Shown: positions 1-9,035 of the stretch, piece by piece
Numbering within the stretch: the stretch's first letter is position 1
Layout: every line of letters starts with the position of its first letter
DNA from: a virus
IMG/VR virus record: IMGVR_UViG_3300020182_000007
Reading direction: 5' to 3' (one strand)
Length of the DNA: 64,000 nucleotides
Notes under the pieces: generated by a model
The model's input: only the letters and a program-made list of their open reading frames with translations
Told to the model about the DNA's origin: nothing
Databases searched by the model: none
Made by a program: the position numbers and the translations under genes

Positions 1-1639
1 CATCATCATGTCCCATCTGAGCTCCATAACTACCATTAGGTAATGTTCCAAACAGGCTAGCCTCAGTAACCGTAACTTCATCAGTTACTGTAATCCTATT
101 ATTCTTATAAAGTTTTGAAAAGTTTTGACAAAATATTGATTTGTTATCAGATTTTAGTTTGATTCCAGGCTTTAGGGTTCTACTATCATGTCTATGTTTA
201 AATCGTACAACCATCTCGTCGTCGAAATCATTTCGTTGGGGAAATACTGATCTTAGGTATTGAAACAACACAGATCCATATGTGTTATATTCTACTATTA
301 GCTTTACGTTTTCATTGTAAAATACATCTACAGCAAGTGTATACAGCACCTTGGCGAAATCTTCTATTACCAAAGTATTAGATCTAAACCTAGCAATTTG
401 CTTAAATTTAAAGAAGTCGTACATTGCTCCTGGGTTTTGAACATTTTCTATTTCTTTAGCGTCCATTGCACATACTTTAAAAATGTTAATTACTGAATAG
501 TCTCCTCCATTTCCTTCAGCAATATCTACTGTAAATACCCAATAACTTTCGCTATGCCTAACATCTTCAACATCAAAATCAGGATTCCATTCTAGTAGGC
601 CTTCGGTATCAATACTAATATCTTCAAATTCCTGTAATTCATGGTGTACATATTTTTTCATGTTCTTTCTCATCTTCTTCATGTCTACTGGATCTAAAAG
701 AAGATTTGAAGAACTTACAAATTCGTTTCCATATTGTTTGTTAAACGCCTCAATAGAACCAAGATTTCCAAGCTCTCTTTGATACCATGCGTCATCTCTG
801 TCAGGGTGTTCCCACCAATCGACCCGCATCGAAGTGTAATCATTATCTCCTCTTTCAGCGGCTGCATATATTTGATAAAACTTATTAAACCCGTTTGGTG
901 TAGAGGTAATCGTTAACCTAGAAATATTAGATGCTGAAAGTGTAGGATAAACGTTTTCATAAAAAGAATCAGCAATACTTGGATGTACGTGAGCAAACTC
1001 ATCAATATACAGGTTGTGTATTGTAAAACCTATACCTGCCTTTGCTGTTGTTGACTGTCCAATTAACCGACATCCGTTGTCAGCACGAACATTCATAACA
1101 TCGTATTTAATAATACCAGGCTTCATAAAGAATGGTAAGTTTTCAATTACTACCTTTGCCTTATCAATAATTTCCTTAGTAGTATCTGATTTGTTTGCAA
1201 GAAGTAGAGTGTTTTTATCGGTATTAAAGGTTACGTACCATGCATTAAAAATAGATGCGGTAATTGTTTTCCCCATTTGCCTGCTTGCTAGGACAATATT
1301 AAATCTGTCAGATTGAAAACTACGCAACATTCTTTTTTGATACTCTCGTAATTTAACTTTACGAATACCGTCATCAGTCATTACAACTGCATAATTTTCT
1401 GCAAAGTATACTATATCAGCTGCACATCTAGCAAGCTCACTAATCTCTTCGTCAGTATATTCAAATACGATACTACCTTTTCGTAAATATTGCTTACCCT
1501 CATAGAACGGCATCTTTACCTTTGGTCGGTATCCCTGATCAAGCGCTATCATTAAATCATCAATTTGCTTTGATGACCAAACGATACGATCTGCAGCAAC
1601 GTCTCCTTCTTCTTTAGGAATCCATTTATTATCGTCCAT
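1..1639 (-). CDS. gp17: Terminase large subunit (T4 gp17-like), 3' end runs off the window
   Basis: Missing from the ORF track because it is truncated. Manual translation from the ATG at 1639 gives MDDNKWIPKEE..., Walker A-like LASRQMGKT, Walker B LYIDEFAH, motif ITSTPNG, nuclease motif VDIAEG, and ends GAQMGHDD at the window edge. Confidence 0.95.
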   Translation of the reverse strand, partial: MDDNKWIPKEEGDVAADRIVWSSKQIDDLMIALDQGYRPKVKMPFYEGKQYLRKGSIVFEYTDEEISELARCAADIVYFAENYAVVMTDDGIRKVKLREYQKRMLRSFQSDRFNIVLASRQMGKTITASIFNAWYVTFNTDKNTLLLANKSDTTKEIIDKAKVVIENLPFFMKPGIIKYDVMNVRADNGCRLIGQSTTAKAGIGFTIHNLYIDEFAHVHPSIADSFYENVYPTLSASNISRLTITSTPNGFNKFYQIYAAAERGDNDYTSMRVDWWEHPDRDDAWYQRELGNLGSIEAFNKQYGNEFVSSSNLLLDPVDMKKMRKNMKKYVHHELQEFEDISIDTEGLLEWNPDFDVEDVRHSESYWVFTVDIAEGNGGDYSVINIFKVCAMDAKEIENVQNPGAMYDFFKFKQIARFRSNTLVIEDFAKVLYTLAVDVFYNENVKLIVEYNTYGSVLFQYLRSVFPQRNDFDDEMVVRFKHRHDSRTLKPGIKLKSDNKSIFCQNFSKLYKNNRITVTDEVTVTEASLFGTLPNGSYGAQMGHDD

Positions 1640-2304
1640 TATTCAGTTTTACTTTCGTCTATTTCAACATCAATAATTTCCTCTTCATTTCCATTTTTTA
1701 TCCCTGCTTGAATTGCAGCCATTAGGTCTTTAGTACCTCTTTGTATATTTTTAGAAGATGTATCTCCTCCTGAATTTTCTATTTCTTTAACATCGTCTCT
1801 CTTTTTATAGATTTCGATATCTCTTGCTATTCTCTTTGTTGATTCTTCAGCAGCCATTAGATACATAGTCTGTGACTTAATTATATCTAACATTGATTTC
1901 TGTAAAGTAGCAAGTACCTCAAACATCCTAGGTGCAAGTTCTCCACTTTCAATAGTTTCTAATAGAGTGGTAAGTGCGCGTTCTCCAGCCTGTAGTTGAT
2001 AGATTAGAGAAGACATTGTCATCTCATCCATTTTTTTCTTGGCAGCAATATACTCGTCCTTTTCTATAATATCAGAATCGAGATAGAACTTCATCAGGCT
2101 AGTGATTGTTTTTTTAGCCTTTTTTGTTGCGCTATGTTTTAACTCAGCATAATTTACTTTCGGTAATGAAGACTCTTGCTTGATTACTGGTAAATTAGTT
2201 GGATCAGTCTCAACGTCTAAGCTTTCTGTATCGCCAATAAGATTGTCTAATTCCCTGCGAATTTCATCCGCTTGGTCTTTTATTCGGTGTGTGTTATCAC
2301 TCAT
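1639..2304 (-). CDS. Helical/coiled-coil protein, candidate terminase small subunit
   Basis: 221 aa ORF whose TAA overlaps the terminase ATG (TAATG), the position T4 gp16 occupies. No motif proof. Confidence 0.4.
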   Translation of the reverse strand: MSDNTHRIKDQADEIRRELDNLIGDTESLDVETDPTNLPVIKQESSLPKVNYAELKHSATKKAKKTITSLMKFYLDSDIIEKDEYIAAKKKMDEMTMSSLIYQLQAGERALTTLLETIESGELAPRMFEVLATLQKSMLDIIKSQTMYLMAAEESTKRIARDIEIYKKRDDVKEIENSGGDTSSKNIQRGTKDLMAAIQAGIKNGNEEEIIDVEIDESKTE

Positions 2305-2335
2305 AGATTCCTAAATTATAAGATATGTATCTAAT

Positions 2336-4354
2336 TTACCTAGGGTTGCTATATTGTCTTAGTCTAATCGATGGTATTGCATTATCTACTAATATTGCTA
2401 GTTCCGCATCTCTGACAACATATTGCTGAAGAACATTCATATGTTGTTCTTGCTCAATTACCTTTGTAAATACTCTTATGTTTGTCATATTAGTCGGAGA
2501 AGAAGAAAGGCTCCATCCCTTCCCAGCGTCCCATGTTGCCTTTTCAGAAAGAGTATCTACATGTTCCGCAAATTTTGCAAATGTTCCAGTTTTTTGATGA
2601 GGCAGTGTTTTATTTGAATCTGGATCCAATCTATAAATATGTGCTCCTATTTCAGAGTTCCATGATGTTCCGCTAGTTCCGCTAGTTCCGCTAGTTCCAT
2701 AAATATCTGATCCTTCGATTGAATTATTAACATTAACAACAATACCGTACCATACGTTATTTTCTAGACTACTTGGAAGATTCTTTACAGAATCATTTCC
2801 ATTTATTGTTATTTTTAATTGAGTTTTACTGATTGAAACAGATAATCCTACATTAAGATCACTTTCTGATCTTCCATCAATTATAACATGATCTTCGTTA
2901 TCATTAGCCTTAAATTGAGGCCTTACCCAAGCAGTAATCGCTAAATTACCAACCGATGTTAATATTGATCTCCTGTTATATGTTAACGCGAATCTCTCTC
3001 CAGGAGGAACATTATTTAGTAGATAGTTATTTTTAGAAATTAGAGTCCATCTATTTTTAATCTCAATATCTTGTATTACTAAAGCAGAATGCTTACTATA
3101 CCTAACATCATCTTCGAGCTCTTGGTATACTGTTTTATATTGTTGAGGTTTTGTAACTTTTTCGAACTCTTGTTGTATTTCTTCTCCGAATACTTCATCG
3201 ATTCCAGTTATTAAAGAATCAACTTCTTGTTCTATTAACGTATCATTATGAATTGAACTTGTCCTGTTTTCGAATTTTCTAAGCTGTACTCTCCAATATG
3301 TCGTTGATAAATTAAATTCATCGGCTAAAGAAACACTGCTTATCTCATACATTCTATTGATTAAGGGGAAGTACAGATAATCTCTAGTTCTAGGTTCTTT
3401 CTTTAATCCAAATAGATTAGTAAATGCTTCGCCTGATACGTGAATTTCAAACTCCTCAAAATCCATTCCAAAAATGTCAAAGTTAAACTCTCTAGTTGGA
3501 AATTCATTGTCAGGTACTAGTACCTTTAATGTTCCTTCTTCTACAACGTTGTATAGAGAATATTCCATTAAAATAACATCTTTTGTTCTTTGATCTGGTT
3601 CTACTCTAAAATATTTTACATCATGGCCCCACATTTCATTACTAAGGCTACTTAATTGTCTATATATTGCAGAAGGCTTCTTAAGAGCATATGGGTTATA
3701 CATTCCGTCACCACAGTCAATTATTATGTTTGAGCATCCGTCCATCGCAAACGGATCGGTACAATCATCACACCATATTGGGCAGCTTTCAATAATACCG
3801 TCTGCTGTTTCTAATTCAAATGTAATACTTAGTAATGATATACTATGCTCTGCTGAAATTCTCTCAGACTCTAGTCTAATGTCTATCCAAAGAGGAAGCG
3901 TATTATCAAATGTTCTTGCTAGTAAATCCGTAGAATTTGTTGATTTATTTAATTCTCTAAATTCGCTAAACTGTCCTCCATCTATAGATTTGCTCTGTGA
4001 CCATCTATATTGATGTGTAAAGTAGTTGTTAGAATCAGTATCTAAATAAAAATTAAATGTTCCAGTAACTGGTGAAGGTTCTGTTATTGTAAATTCTGTT
4101 TTTGTGATTATTTGATCTACTGTAAATTTTATATTTCCAATAATAAATATACTACCGCTAGATAGGTTTAGATTAGTCCCAATTCCAACTACTGTTTTAC
4201 TATCAGAAGTTAAACTCAACTTACCAATGGTATTTGAATTACTCACTCCAGAAACAATAGTCCAATCGTTAATTGAAATTACATTTGAATAGGAATCCTT
4301 TAGCTTTGCTATAAAAGATTCTCCAATGTTTGATACTTTATAGTTATTTGCCAT
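2336..4354 (-). CDS. Neck protein gp14-like core with extra N-terminal and C-terminal (LamG/ConA-like) domains
   Basis: Central region GHDVKYF...DVILMEYS...FDIFGMDFEEFEIHV...PRTRDYLYFPLINRMYEISSV...YWRVQL resembles the T4 gp14 family. The C-terminal beta-rich ITAWVRP...WYGIVVNV segment resembles LamG. Confidence 0.7.
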   Translation of the reverse strand: MANNYKVSNIGESFIAKLKDSYSNVISINDWTIVSGVSNSNTIGKLSLTSDSKTVVGIGTNLNLSSGSIFIIGNIKFTVDQIITKTEFTITEPSPVTGTFNFYLDTDSNNYFTHQYRWSQSKSIDGGQFSEFRELNKSTNSTDLLARTFDNTLPLWIDIRLESERISAEHSISLLSITFELETADGIIESCPIWCDDCTDPFAMDGCSNIIIDCGDGMYNPYALKKPSAIYRQLSSLSNEMWGHDVKYFRVEPDQRTKDVILMEYSLYNVVEEGTLKVLVPDNEFPTREFNFDIFGMDFEEFEIHVSGEAFTNLFGLKKEPRTRDYLYFPLINRMYEISSVSLADEFNLSTTYWRVQLRKFENRTSSIHNDTLIEQEVDSLITGIDEVFGEEIQQEFEKVTKPQQYKTVYQELEDDVRYSKHSALVIQDIEIKNRWTLISKNNYLLNNVPPGERFALTYNRRSILTSVGNLAITAWVRPQFKANDNEDHVIIDGRSESDLNVGLSVSISKTQLKITINGNDSVKNLPSSLENNVWYGIVVNVNNSIEGSDIYGTSGTSGTSGTSWNSEIGAHIYRLDPDSNKTLPHQKTGTFAKFAEHVDTLSEKATWDAGKGWSLSSSPTNMTNIRVFTKVIEQEQHMNVLQQYVVRDAELAILVDNAIPSIRLRQYSNPR
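2663..2698 (-). repeat. Coding microsatellite, (GGAACTAGC)x3 plus GGAACATCA, encoding (GTS)x4
   Basis: Direct 9-nt tandem repeat seen in the sequence. Confidence 0.9.
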
Positions 4355-4743
4355 TATTCTTTTCCAATCCTATCTTGTGGTGTAAATACTTCTCCAGCGA
4401 TCCAACTAGCTACGAAACCAGTAAGAGATACAAAGTATACTGCTAGATCATTTAAATTAGAGTTAAACCAAATCGCGAATCCACCTGCAATTGCCCATAT
4501 ACAAACAATAGAATATATCATTGCTTCTCTACGAGAATTTGGACCCCTTTTAAGGATTCCACTTTTAATTGAAGGTCTTTTTGATTCAGCCCAAACATAT
4601 GTCGCAACGTACGCAGTTAAAGATCCGAAATACACAGCTAAATCTTTTAAGTCAGCCTGCTTAAGTGCACCTAGAATACCCATAATTATCCATAGAACAA
4701 CTGTTAAATATACTAGTCCCTCTCTTTTTCCAATTTCTAACAT
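4354..4743 (-). CDS. Small four-helix membrane protein with internal duplication (holin-like candidate)
   Basis: Four hydrophobic segments. The two halves share DLAVYF.SLT.(Y/F)VA.(Y/W)..(E). Confidence 0.55.
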   Translation of the reverse strand: MLEIGKREGLVYLTVVLWIIMGILGALKQADLKDLAVYFGSLTAYVATYVWAESKRPSIKSGILKRGPNSRREAMIYSIVCIWAIAGGFAIWFNSNLNDLAVYFVSLTGFVASWIAGEVFTPQDRIGKE

Positions 4744-4763
4744 GCTAATAAAGATATTTTTCT

Positions 4764-5411
4764 TTATATATCTTCAAAATCTGTAATTACTAAAACTTCT
4801 GGGTTATCTGATTCGTAATCTTCTAATTGATTGATAATTGTTGATATCGCAAATGATACCTCGCTCGTGTTATTAAAGCTCAAATAGTGGTCTAATCTAT
4901 TTAGCATTTCTGCTAATTTAATAGTATCATAATTATCTCCTGTATTTAAAATTCTAGATTTATATAGTATTTCATTTACAAGTGGTAGTTCATGTCTATT
5001 GAAATGATCAAACGTTCTAAAAGTTCCTCTGATTGGTCTAAGAGAAAACTTAATAGTCTTTACTTCATCTGTAGTTACAATTCTAGTATAGCTTGCATTT
5101 TTATTTAGATTACATTTAATCCACATTAAAGATTCCATTTCTTCTAACATTTTCCAGATAAAGTATACTGAAGTTGCTTCTTTATAAACTACAGATCCTT
5201 CTAGTGAATTAAATTTATTAATTTCAGATCTAAAGTTATTTAGTATTATATGTTTTAATCCTTCGGCGCCGACAAGCACTGAATCTTTGTCTATTTTTCG
5301 ATGTCCGTTGTCTTTTTTAATTAAACTCCACAATTTAGAATCTACCATATTATACTTGTACAATATAATATCGACAATCTCTATAAATTTATTTCTATTT
5401 TGAGTAAACAT
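4764..5411 (-). CDS. Hypothetical protein
   Basis: 215 aa ORF in the operon with no recognised motif. An alternative start exists at 5348. Confidence 0.6.
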   Translation of the reverse strand: MFTQNRNKFIEIVDIILYKYNMVDSKLWSLIKKDNGHRKIDKDSVLVGAEGLKHIILNNFRSEINKFNSLEGSVVYKEATSVYFIWKMLEEMESLMWIKCNLNKNASYTRIVTTDEVKTIKFSLRPIRGTFRTFDHFNRHELPLVNEILYKSRILNTGDNYDTIKLAEMLNRLDHYLSFNNTSEVSFAISTIINQLEDYESDNPEVLVITDFEDI

Positions 5412-5823
5412 CCATCTGTTTTTCTATTTTTTGTAATTCCGAATATAATTGATCTTTTGCAAATATTTTTACCTCTTCAAATTCTCTGATTCCTATTTCA
5501 TTCTTTTCCATGTATAGTTGAACTACTGCTGGATCTGGTATGTACTTATCTTTAATATTTTTTTCGCTCTTTTTAGTTCTAGTGTAAATCCAAGGCGGAA
5601 CGCTTTTAAATCTAGAAGCAACCATTGACCAACTCTCTACTACATTTGCTCCATCAATTCCATTAACATTAAACATTTGAGCATTTGCTGGATATTTAAT
5701 CGAAAAAAATCGATTAATCATAAAGTGATGTCTTTTTTTATTAACTTGTTTTATTTTTGAATACTCATTCTTCTTAGTAAACATTATTTTTATAAAGTCA
5801 AAAAGCTTTGTTTCGTCTAGCAT
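5395..5823 (-). CDS. Probable clamp loader small subunit (gp62-like)
   Basis: LFDFI...FMINRFFS...W..T resembles the gp62 family pattern LFD...FMINR.LS. Size fits and gp44 is nearby. Confidence 0.55.
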   Translation of the reverse strand: MLDETKLFDFIKIMFTKKNEYSKIKQVNKKRHHFMINRFFSIKYPANAQMFNVNGIDGANVVESWSMVASRFKSVPPWIYTRTKKSEKNIKDKYIPDPAVVQLYMEKNEIGIREFEEVKIFAKDQLYSELQKIEKQMDVYSK

Positions 5824-5827
5824 ATAA

Positions 5828-5989
5828 TTAGTTTGTCAATTTGTTAAAGGCTTTTTCATATACAGATACTCTGTCGGCGTATTTATTAGATTCTATGTAA
5901 TTCTTTGCTAGTGAAATTACTTCAGATCTAATTCCGAGTTTACTTGCTTTATATAGAATTTCTTCTATTTGTTTTTCTGAAGTTGACAT
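5828..5989 (-). CDS. 53 aa small protein, paralog of the adjacent 60 aa ORF (not in the ORF track)
   Basis: Manual translation: MSTSEKQIEEILYKASKLGIRSEVISLAKNYIESNKYADRVSVYEKAFNKLTN*. It fills the gap between neighbours exactly. Confidence 0.8.
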   Translation of the reverse strand: MSTSEKQIEEILYKASKLGIRSEVISLAKNYIESNKYADRVSVYEKAFNKLTN

Positions 5990-5990
5990 G

Positions 5991-6173
5991 TTAGTTTATA
6001 AGTTGGTGAAACGCTTTGTGATATGCATTAAGCAACGTAAATTCTTTATCGTCCTTTCTGGATTCCCATATTTCTTCAGCTAATATTACAAGTTCCTGCG
6101 ATATACCATATGCTCTCGCCTCTTCTCTAATCTCTTCTATAATTATCTGTTCCGAAAGAGTTGGTAGTTTCAT
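5991..6173 (-). CDS. 60 aa small helical protein
   Basis: Coupled to the upstream exonuclease gene and similar to 5828..5989. Confidence 0.75.
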   Translation of the reverse strand: MKLPTLSEQIIIEEIREEARAYGISQELVILAEEIWESRKDDKEFTLLNAYHKAFHQLIN

Positions 6174-7435
6174 TAAAATAGGTTATTTAAGTTTTTAGTT
6201 AAAGTTTTGTCTTTTGTTTCATTCTTTTTGCCAACTAATTTCATTGGCTTTTTAGTTTCGGGAATATCCATACCAGAGAATGGATCCATTCCTGCAGGGT
6301 TATTAGATCCTTCTAACCATCCGGTTCCTTCTAAAATAGTGTCTTTATTAAATAAGATGCTTATGTTTTCAACAGCTCCTTCCCATTCAGAATCAATCTC
6401 TTTGTAGATGGCCTTCTGTATTGAATCCGGTATAATCTCGTTATGCAAAACCATTAATGATATATTATTATTAAGAGCCGCTTTGATTATATTAGGTGTA
6501 CTCTTACCAATAACCCTGTGAATGATATCAGATACAATTTGCTTTTGAGAATCTTTAAATAAGTATTCAATTGAAAAGGTGTCAAATTCTTTAACATATT
6601 GATCCCATATTTTGTGAGCCATTTTGTCAGTAATAGAATAGTTTCTTAATTTACCGTCTTTCATTTCTTTTTGCCAAGTAACTACTGATGGTATATTATC
6701 GCTACTGTCTCCAACTAGAACTTTTTTAAAGATGAACTCATCACAATCAACTTCTGTAATTTCAATTTTATTTTTTTGAATCCATTCTAGAACCTGATGT
6801 TGATAGTCATCTCGTTTTAAATGAGATCCTCCCATGTTAAATAACATATCATCGTCTGTTAGTTTAGAAGATTCAGTGTTTTCCATATCCTGCTTAAATC
6901 CTTGATATGTATATAAAGACTTTCTAGAATTATAGAACCAAAGAGTATGAGCATCGTTTGCTTTAGAATGATTTACTAATTGAATTAAATCTCTATCACC
7001 TGACCAAACAATACATGATTTACCTCTGTCATTTAGTGCAACTGACCAACCAAAAATAACATCATCTGCTTCTGCGCCCTGTGTTTGCTGTACTGTAACT
7101 CCACGCGACTTAAGTATTTTTTGCCATTTTTCATAAACATCATATACATTAGACCATTCTACTTCTGTGCTTTGCTTTCTAGTGCCTTTATAATCTGCTG
7201 CTGGAAAAAGATCCTTTCGCCATGATTTTGAATCAACTGTCAGTACGACGTCATCTACAAATCCTTGTAGTTTTCGCATTTCAGATGCAAAGTCAAGCGA
7301 TAGTTTACGCATAAATTGCGCCTTTTGAGTATCATCTCCTAGAAGTTTGCCAGTGTTAGGCCTAGGCATAACAAATAATCTACTAAAAATAAAGTAATTG
7401 CCGTCTATTAATAATGTATGTCTTCCCACTTTCAT
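6173..7435 (-). CDS. rnh: 5'-3' exonuclease / RNase H (T4 rnh, FEN/PIN-like)
   Basis: Motifs LLIDGNY, EADDVI, SGDRDLIQL, LVGDSSDNIPSV. Confidence 0.9.
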   Translation of the reverse strand: MKVGRHTLLIDGNYFIFSRLFVMPRPNTGKLLGDDTQKAQFMRKLSLDFASEMRKLQGFVDDVVLTVDSKSWRKDLFPAADYKGTRKQSTEVEWSNVYDVYEKWQKILKSRGVTVQQTQGAEADDVIFGWSVALNDRGKSCIVWSGDRDLIQLVNHSKANDAHTLWFYNSRKSLYTYQGFKQDMENTESSKLTDDDMLFNMGGSHLKRDDYQHQVLEWIQKNKIEITEVDCDEFIFKKVLVGDSSDNIPSVVTWQKEMKDGKLRNYSITDKMAHKIWDQYVKEFDTFSIEYLFKDSQKQIVSDIIHRVIGKSTPNIIKAALNNNISLMVLHNEIIPDSIQKAIYKEIDSEWEGAVENISILFNKDTILEGTGWLEGSNNPAGMDPFSGMDIPETKKPMKLVGKKNETKDKTLTKNLNNLF

Positions 7436-7453
7436 GTTTTTTATTTTACTATT

Positions 7454-7461
7454 TAAATATA
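7454..7461 (-). promoter_or_regulatory. Possible Bacteroidota-type -7 element (TATATTTA, near TAnnTTTG) upstream of rnh
   Basis: One mismatch to the Bacteroidota sigma-A -7 consensus. No clear -33 TTTG. Confidence 0.25.
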
Positions 7462-7501
7462 ATCATTTTTGTTGACATAAAAAAATCTGGTGTGATTTAT
7501 T

Positions 7502-8461
7502 TTATGAATTAACTATTGTTTGTAATGAATATACACAACTTAACATTGTTATGACAGGATCGATCACATGTATTCTTTGTGATTGATGATGTGCAACTGC
7601 TACTATAATTTGAGGTATGTGCTTAACACTTTGTTGTTTTTCTTGTTGTATGTATTCAATAAATTCAGATCCTAATGCTGCAAGAACCTCATCTACTCTA
7701 TTAGAATAGCCGCTTACTAGTGTTTTATAGTTTACTGCAGGATCTGTTTGATTGAATACTAGTGCAAAGACATCTTTAAATACTGAGTTAAATCGCTTTA
7801 CGTCGTTTATTGTAATATTGTGAGTTCCTTGTGTTTTGAATCCCTGTAACTTATTAAGAGTATTTCTAAGATCTGGAAAGTTACGACGAACAAATTCGAC
7901 AAGTGCGTCCTTTTCAATACTTAGCTCTTCATTTTTACAAATCTGATAAACTCTCTTTATGTATTTTTTAGTTAATTCAGATTCTTCTTCCTTATCAAAA
8001 TCAAAGTTAATTACTTCAAATCTAGAAAGTATTGGGTCTGGTAATTTATTAATGTAATTACACGTTGCAATAAATCTACTATTCGATGCAAAGGTTTCCA
8101 TAGTTGCACGAAGCGCCTTAAAGAATTGATCAGATACACCATCTAGCTCGTCGAGGATTACAACTTTAAACATTCCAGGCTTATCCATAATAGATACAGT
8201 AGAGCAAAAATCAGTAATTCTTGTTCTAATAACATCTACAGAAGTATCGGTAGATGCGTTAATATACAGGTATGGTAATTCAAATTGATTAACTATTGCC
8301 TTTGCCGTTGAAGTTTTACCAGTACCTGGACTTCCTGAAAAAAGCATGTTCTGTACAAGACCATCCTTAAATTTACCCATGACTCTGTCAGGTAAGATTA
8401 ACTCTTCTAAATTCTTAGGACGATACTTCTCAGTGAACAGCTGGTGTATTGAATTCATCAT
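7502..8461 (-). CDS. gp44: Clamp loader large subunit (gp44 / RFC-like AAA+ ATPase)
   Basis: EKYRP, Walker A GSPGTGKT, Walker B ILDELD, SRF motif, FPDLR. Confidence 0.95.
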   Translation of the reverse strand: MMNSIHQLFTEKYRPKNLEELILPDRVMGKFKDGLVQNMLFSGSPGTGKTSTAKAIVNQFELPYLYINASTDTSVDVIRTRITDFCSTVSIMDKPGMFKVVILDELDGVSDQFFKALRATMETFASNSRFIATCNYINKLPDPILSRFEVINFDFDKEEESELTKKYIKRVYQICKNEELSIEKDALVEFVRRNFPDLRNTLNKLQGFKTQGTHNITINDVKRFNSVFKDVFALVFNQTDPAVNYKTLVSGYSNRVDEVLAALGSEFIEYIQQEKQQSVKHIPQIIVAVAHHQSQRIHVIDPVITMLSCVYSLQTIVNS

Positions 8462-8478
8462 ATATTTTTCGTTTAGTA

Positions 8479-8507
8479 ATTATATTCGCAAATGCTCACT
8501 TTGTTTC
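8479..8507 (-). promoter_or_regulatory. Early/middle-type promoter GAAACA-N17-TATAAT upstream of gp44
   Basis: Same bipartite motif recurs upstream of several replication genes. Confidence 0.7.
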
Positions 8508-8523
8508 TTAAATAAATAATAAT

Positions 8524-9033
8524 ATGGCAATAAGTTACTCTAAAATAATTATTAAGAGATCGGACAGTACTAGGTCTGCGACTAGATTTGGAATAATCCT
8601 AGAATACTTGCCAAAATCATTTAGACAGTTTTTAATTAAGAATAGACATATTGGCAGATGGGCAAAAAGCGATCAATTTATTAAATGTGCTCTTAAATTA
8701 CAAAAACCACCCGTAAAGAATTCAAGTTCATTAAAACTGTACTGGGATTGGGAAAGTGAGGTAGTAGTTAATAAGCAAACTCTACATGATAACTATAATA
8801 ATATTGATTGGATATGCGCGCTATCTAAAAAACCAATTAGGGCTAAGTTCATGAACTTTGATCTAGAAAACTTTATTCATGAAGAGTATTATGACGTTTT
8901 AAAGGCTCCAATGGTAGATAGTAGAATTCTTAAAAGTTCAATTGAGTTTCGCAAGAAATGTAAAAAACTCCTACTCGATGGACGAGAGGAGTTTCTTAAG
9001 CTTGCTAAAAAGAACGCTAAACGCTCTCTTTAA
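8524..9033 (+). CDS. Basic hypothetical protein, the only well-supported plus-strand gene
   Basis: 169 aa ORF filling an otherwise empty gap, divergent from gp44. AATAAATA (8511-8518) lies 5 nt before the ATG. Confidence 0.75.
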   Translation: MAISYSKIIIKRSDSTRSATRFGIILEYLPKSFRQFLIKNRHIGRWAKSDQFIKCALKLQKPPVKNSSSLKLYWDWESEVVVNKQTLHDNYNNIDWICALSKKPIRAKFMNFDLENFIHEEYYDVLKAPMVDSRILKSSIEFRKKCKKLLLDGREEFLKLAKKNAKRSL

Positions 9034-9035
9034 TA

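Noticed and set aside
734-1316. Two plus-strand ORFs
   Set aside because: They lie antisense to the terminase large subunit, which the ORF track missed because it is truncated.
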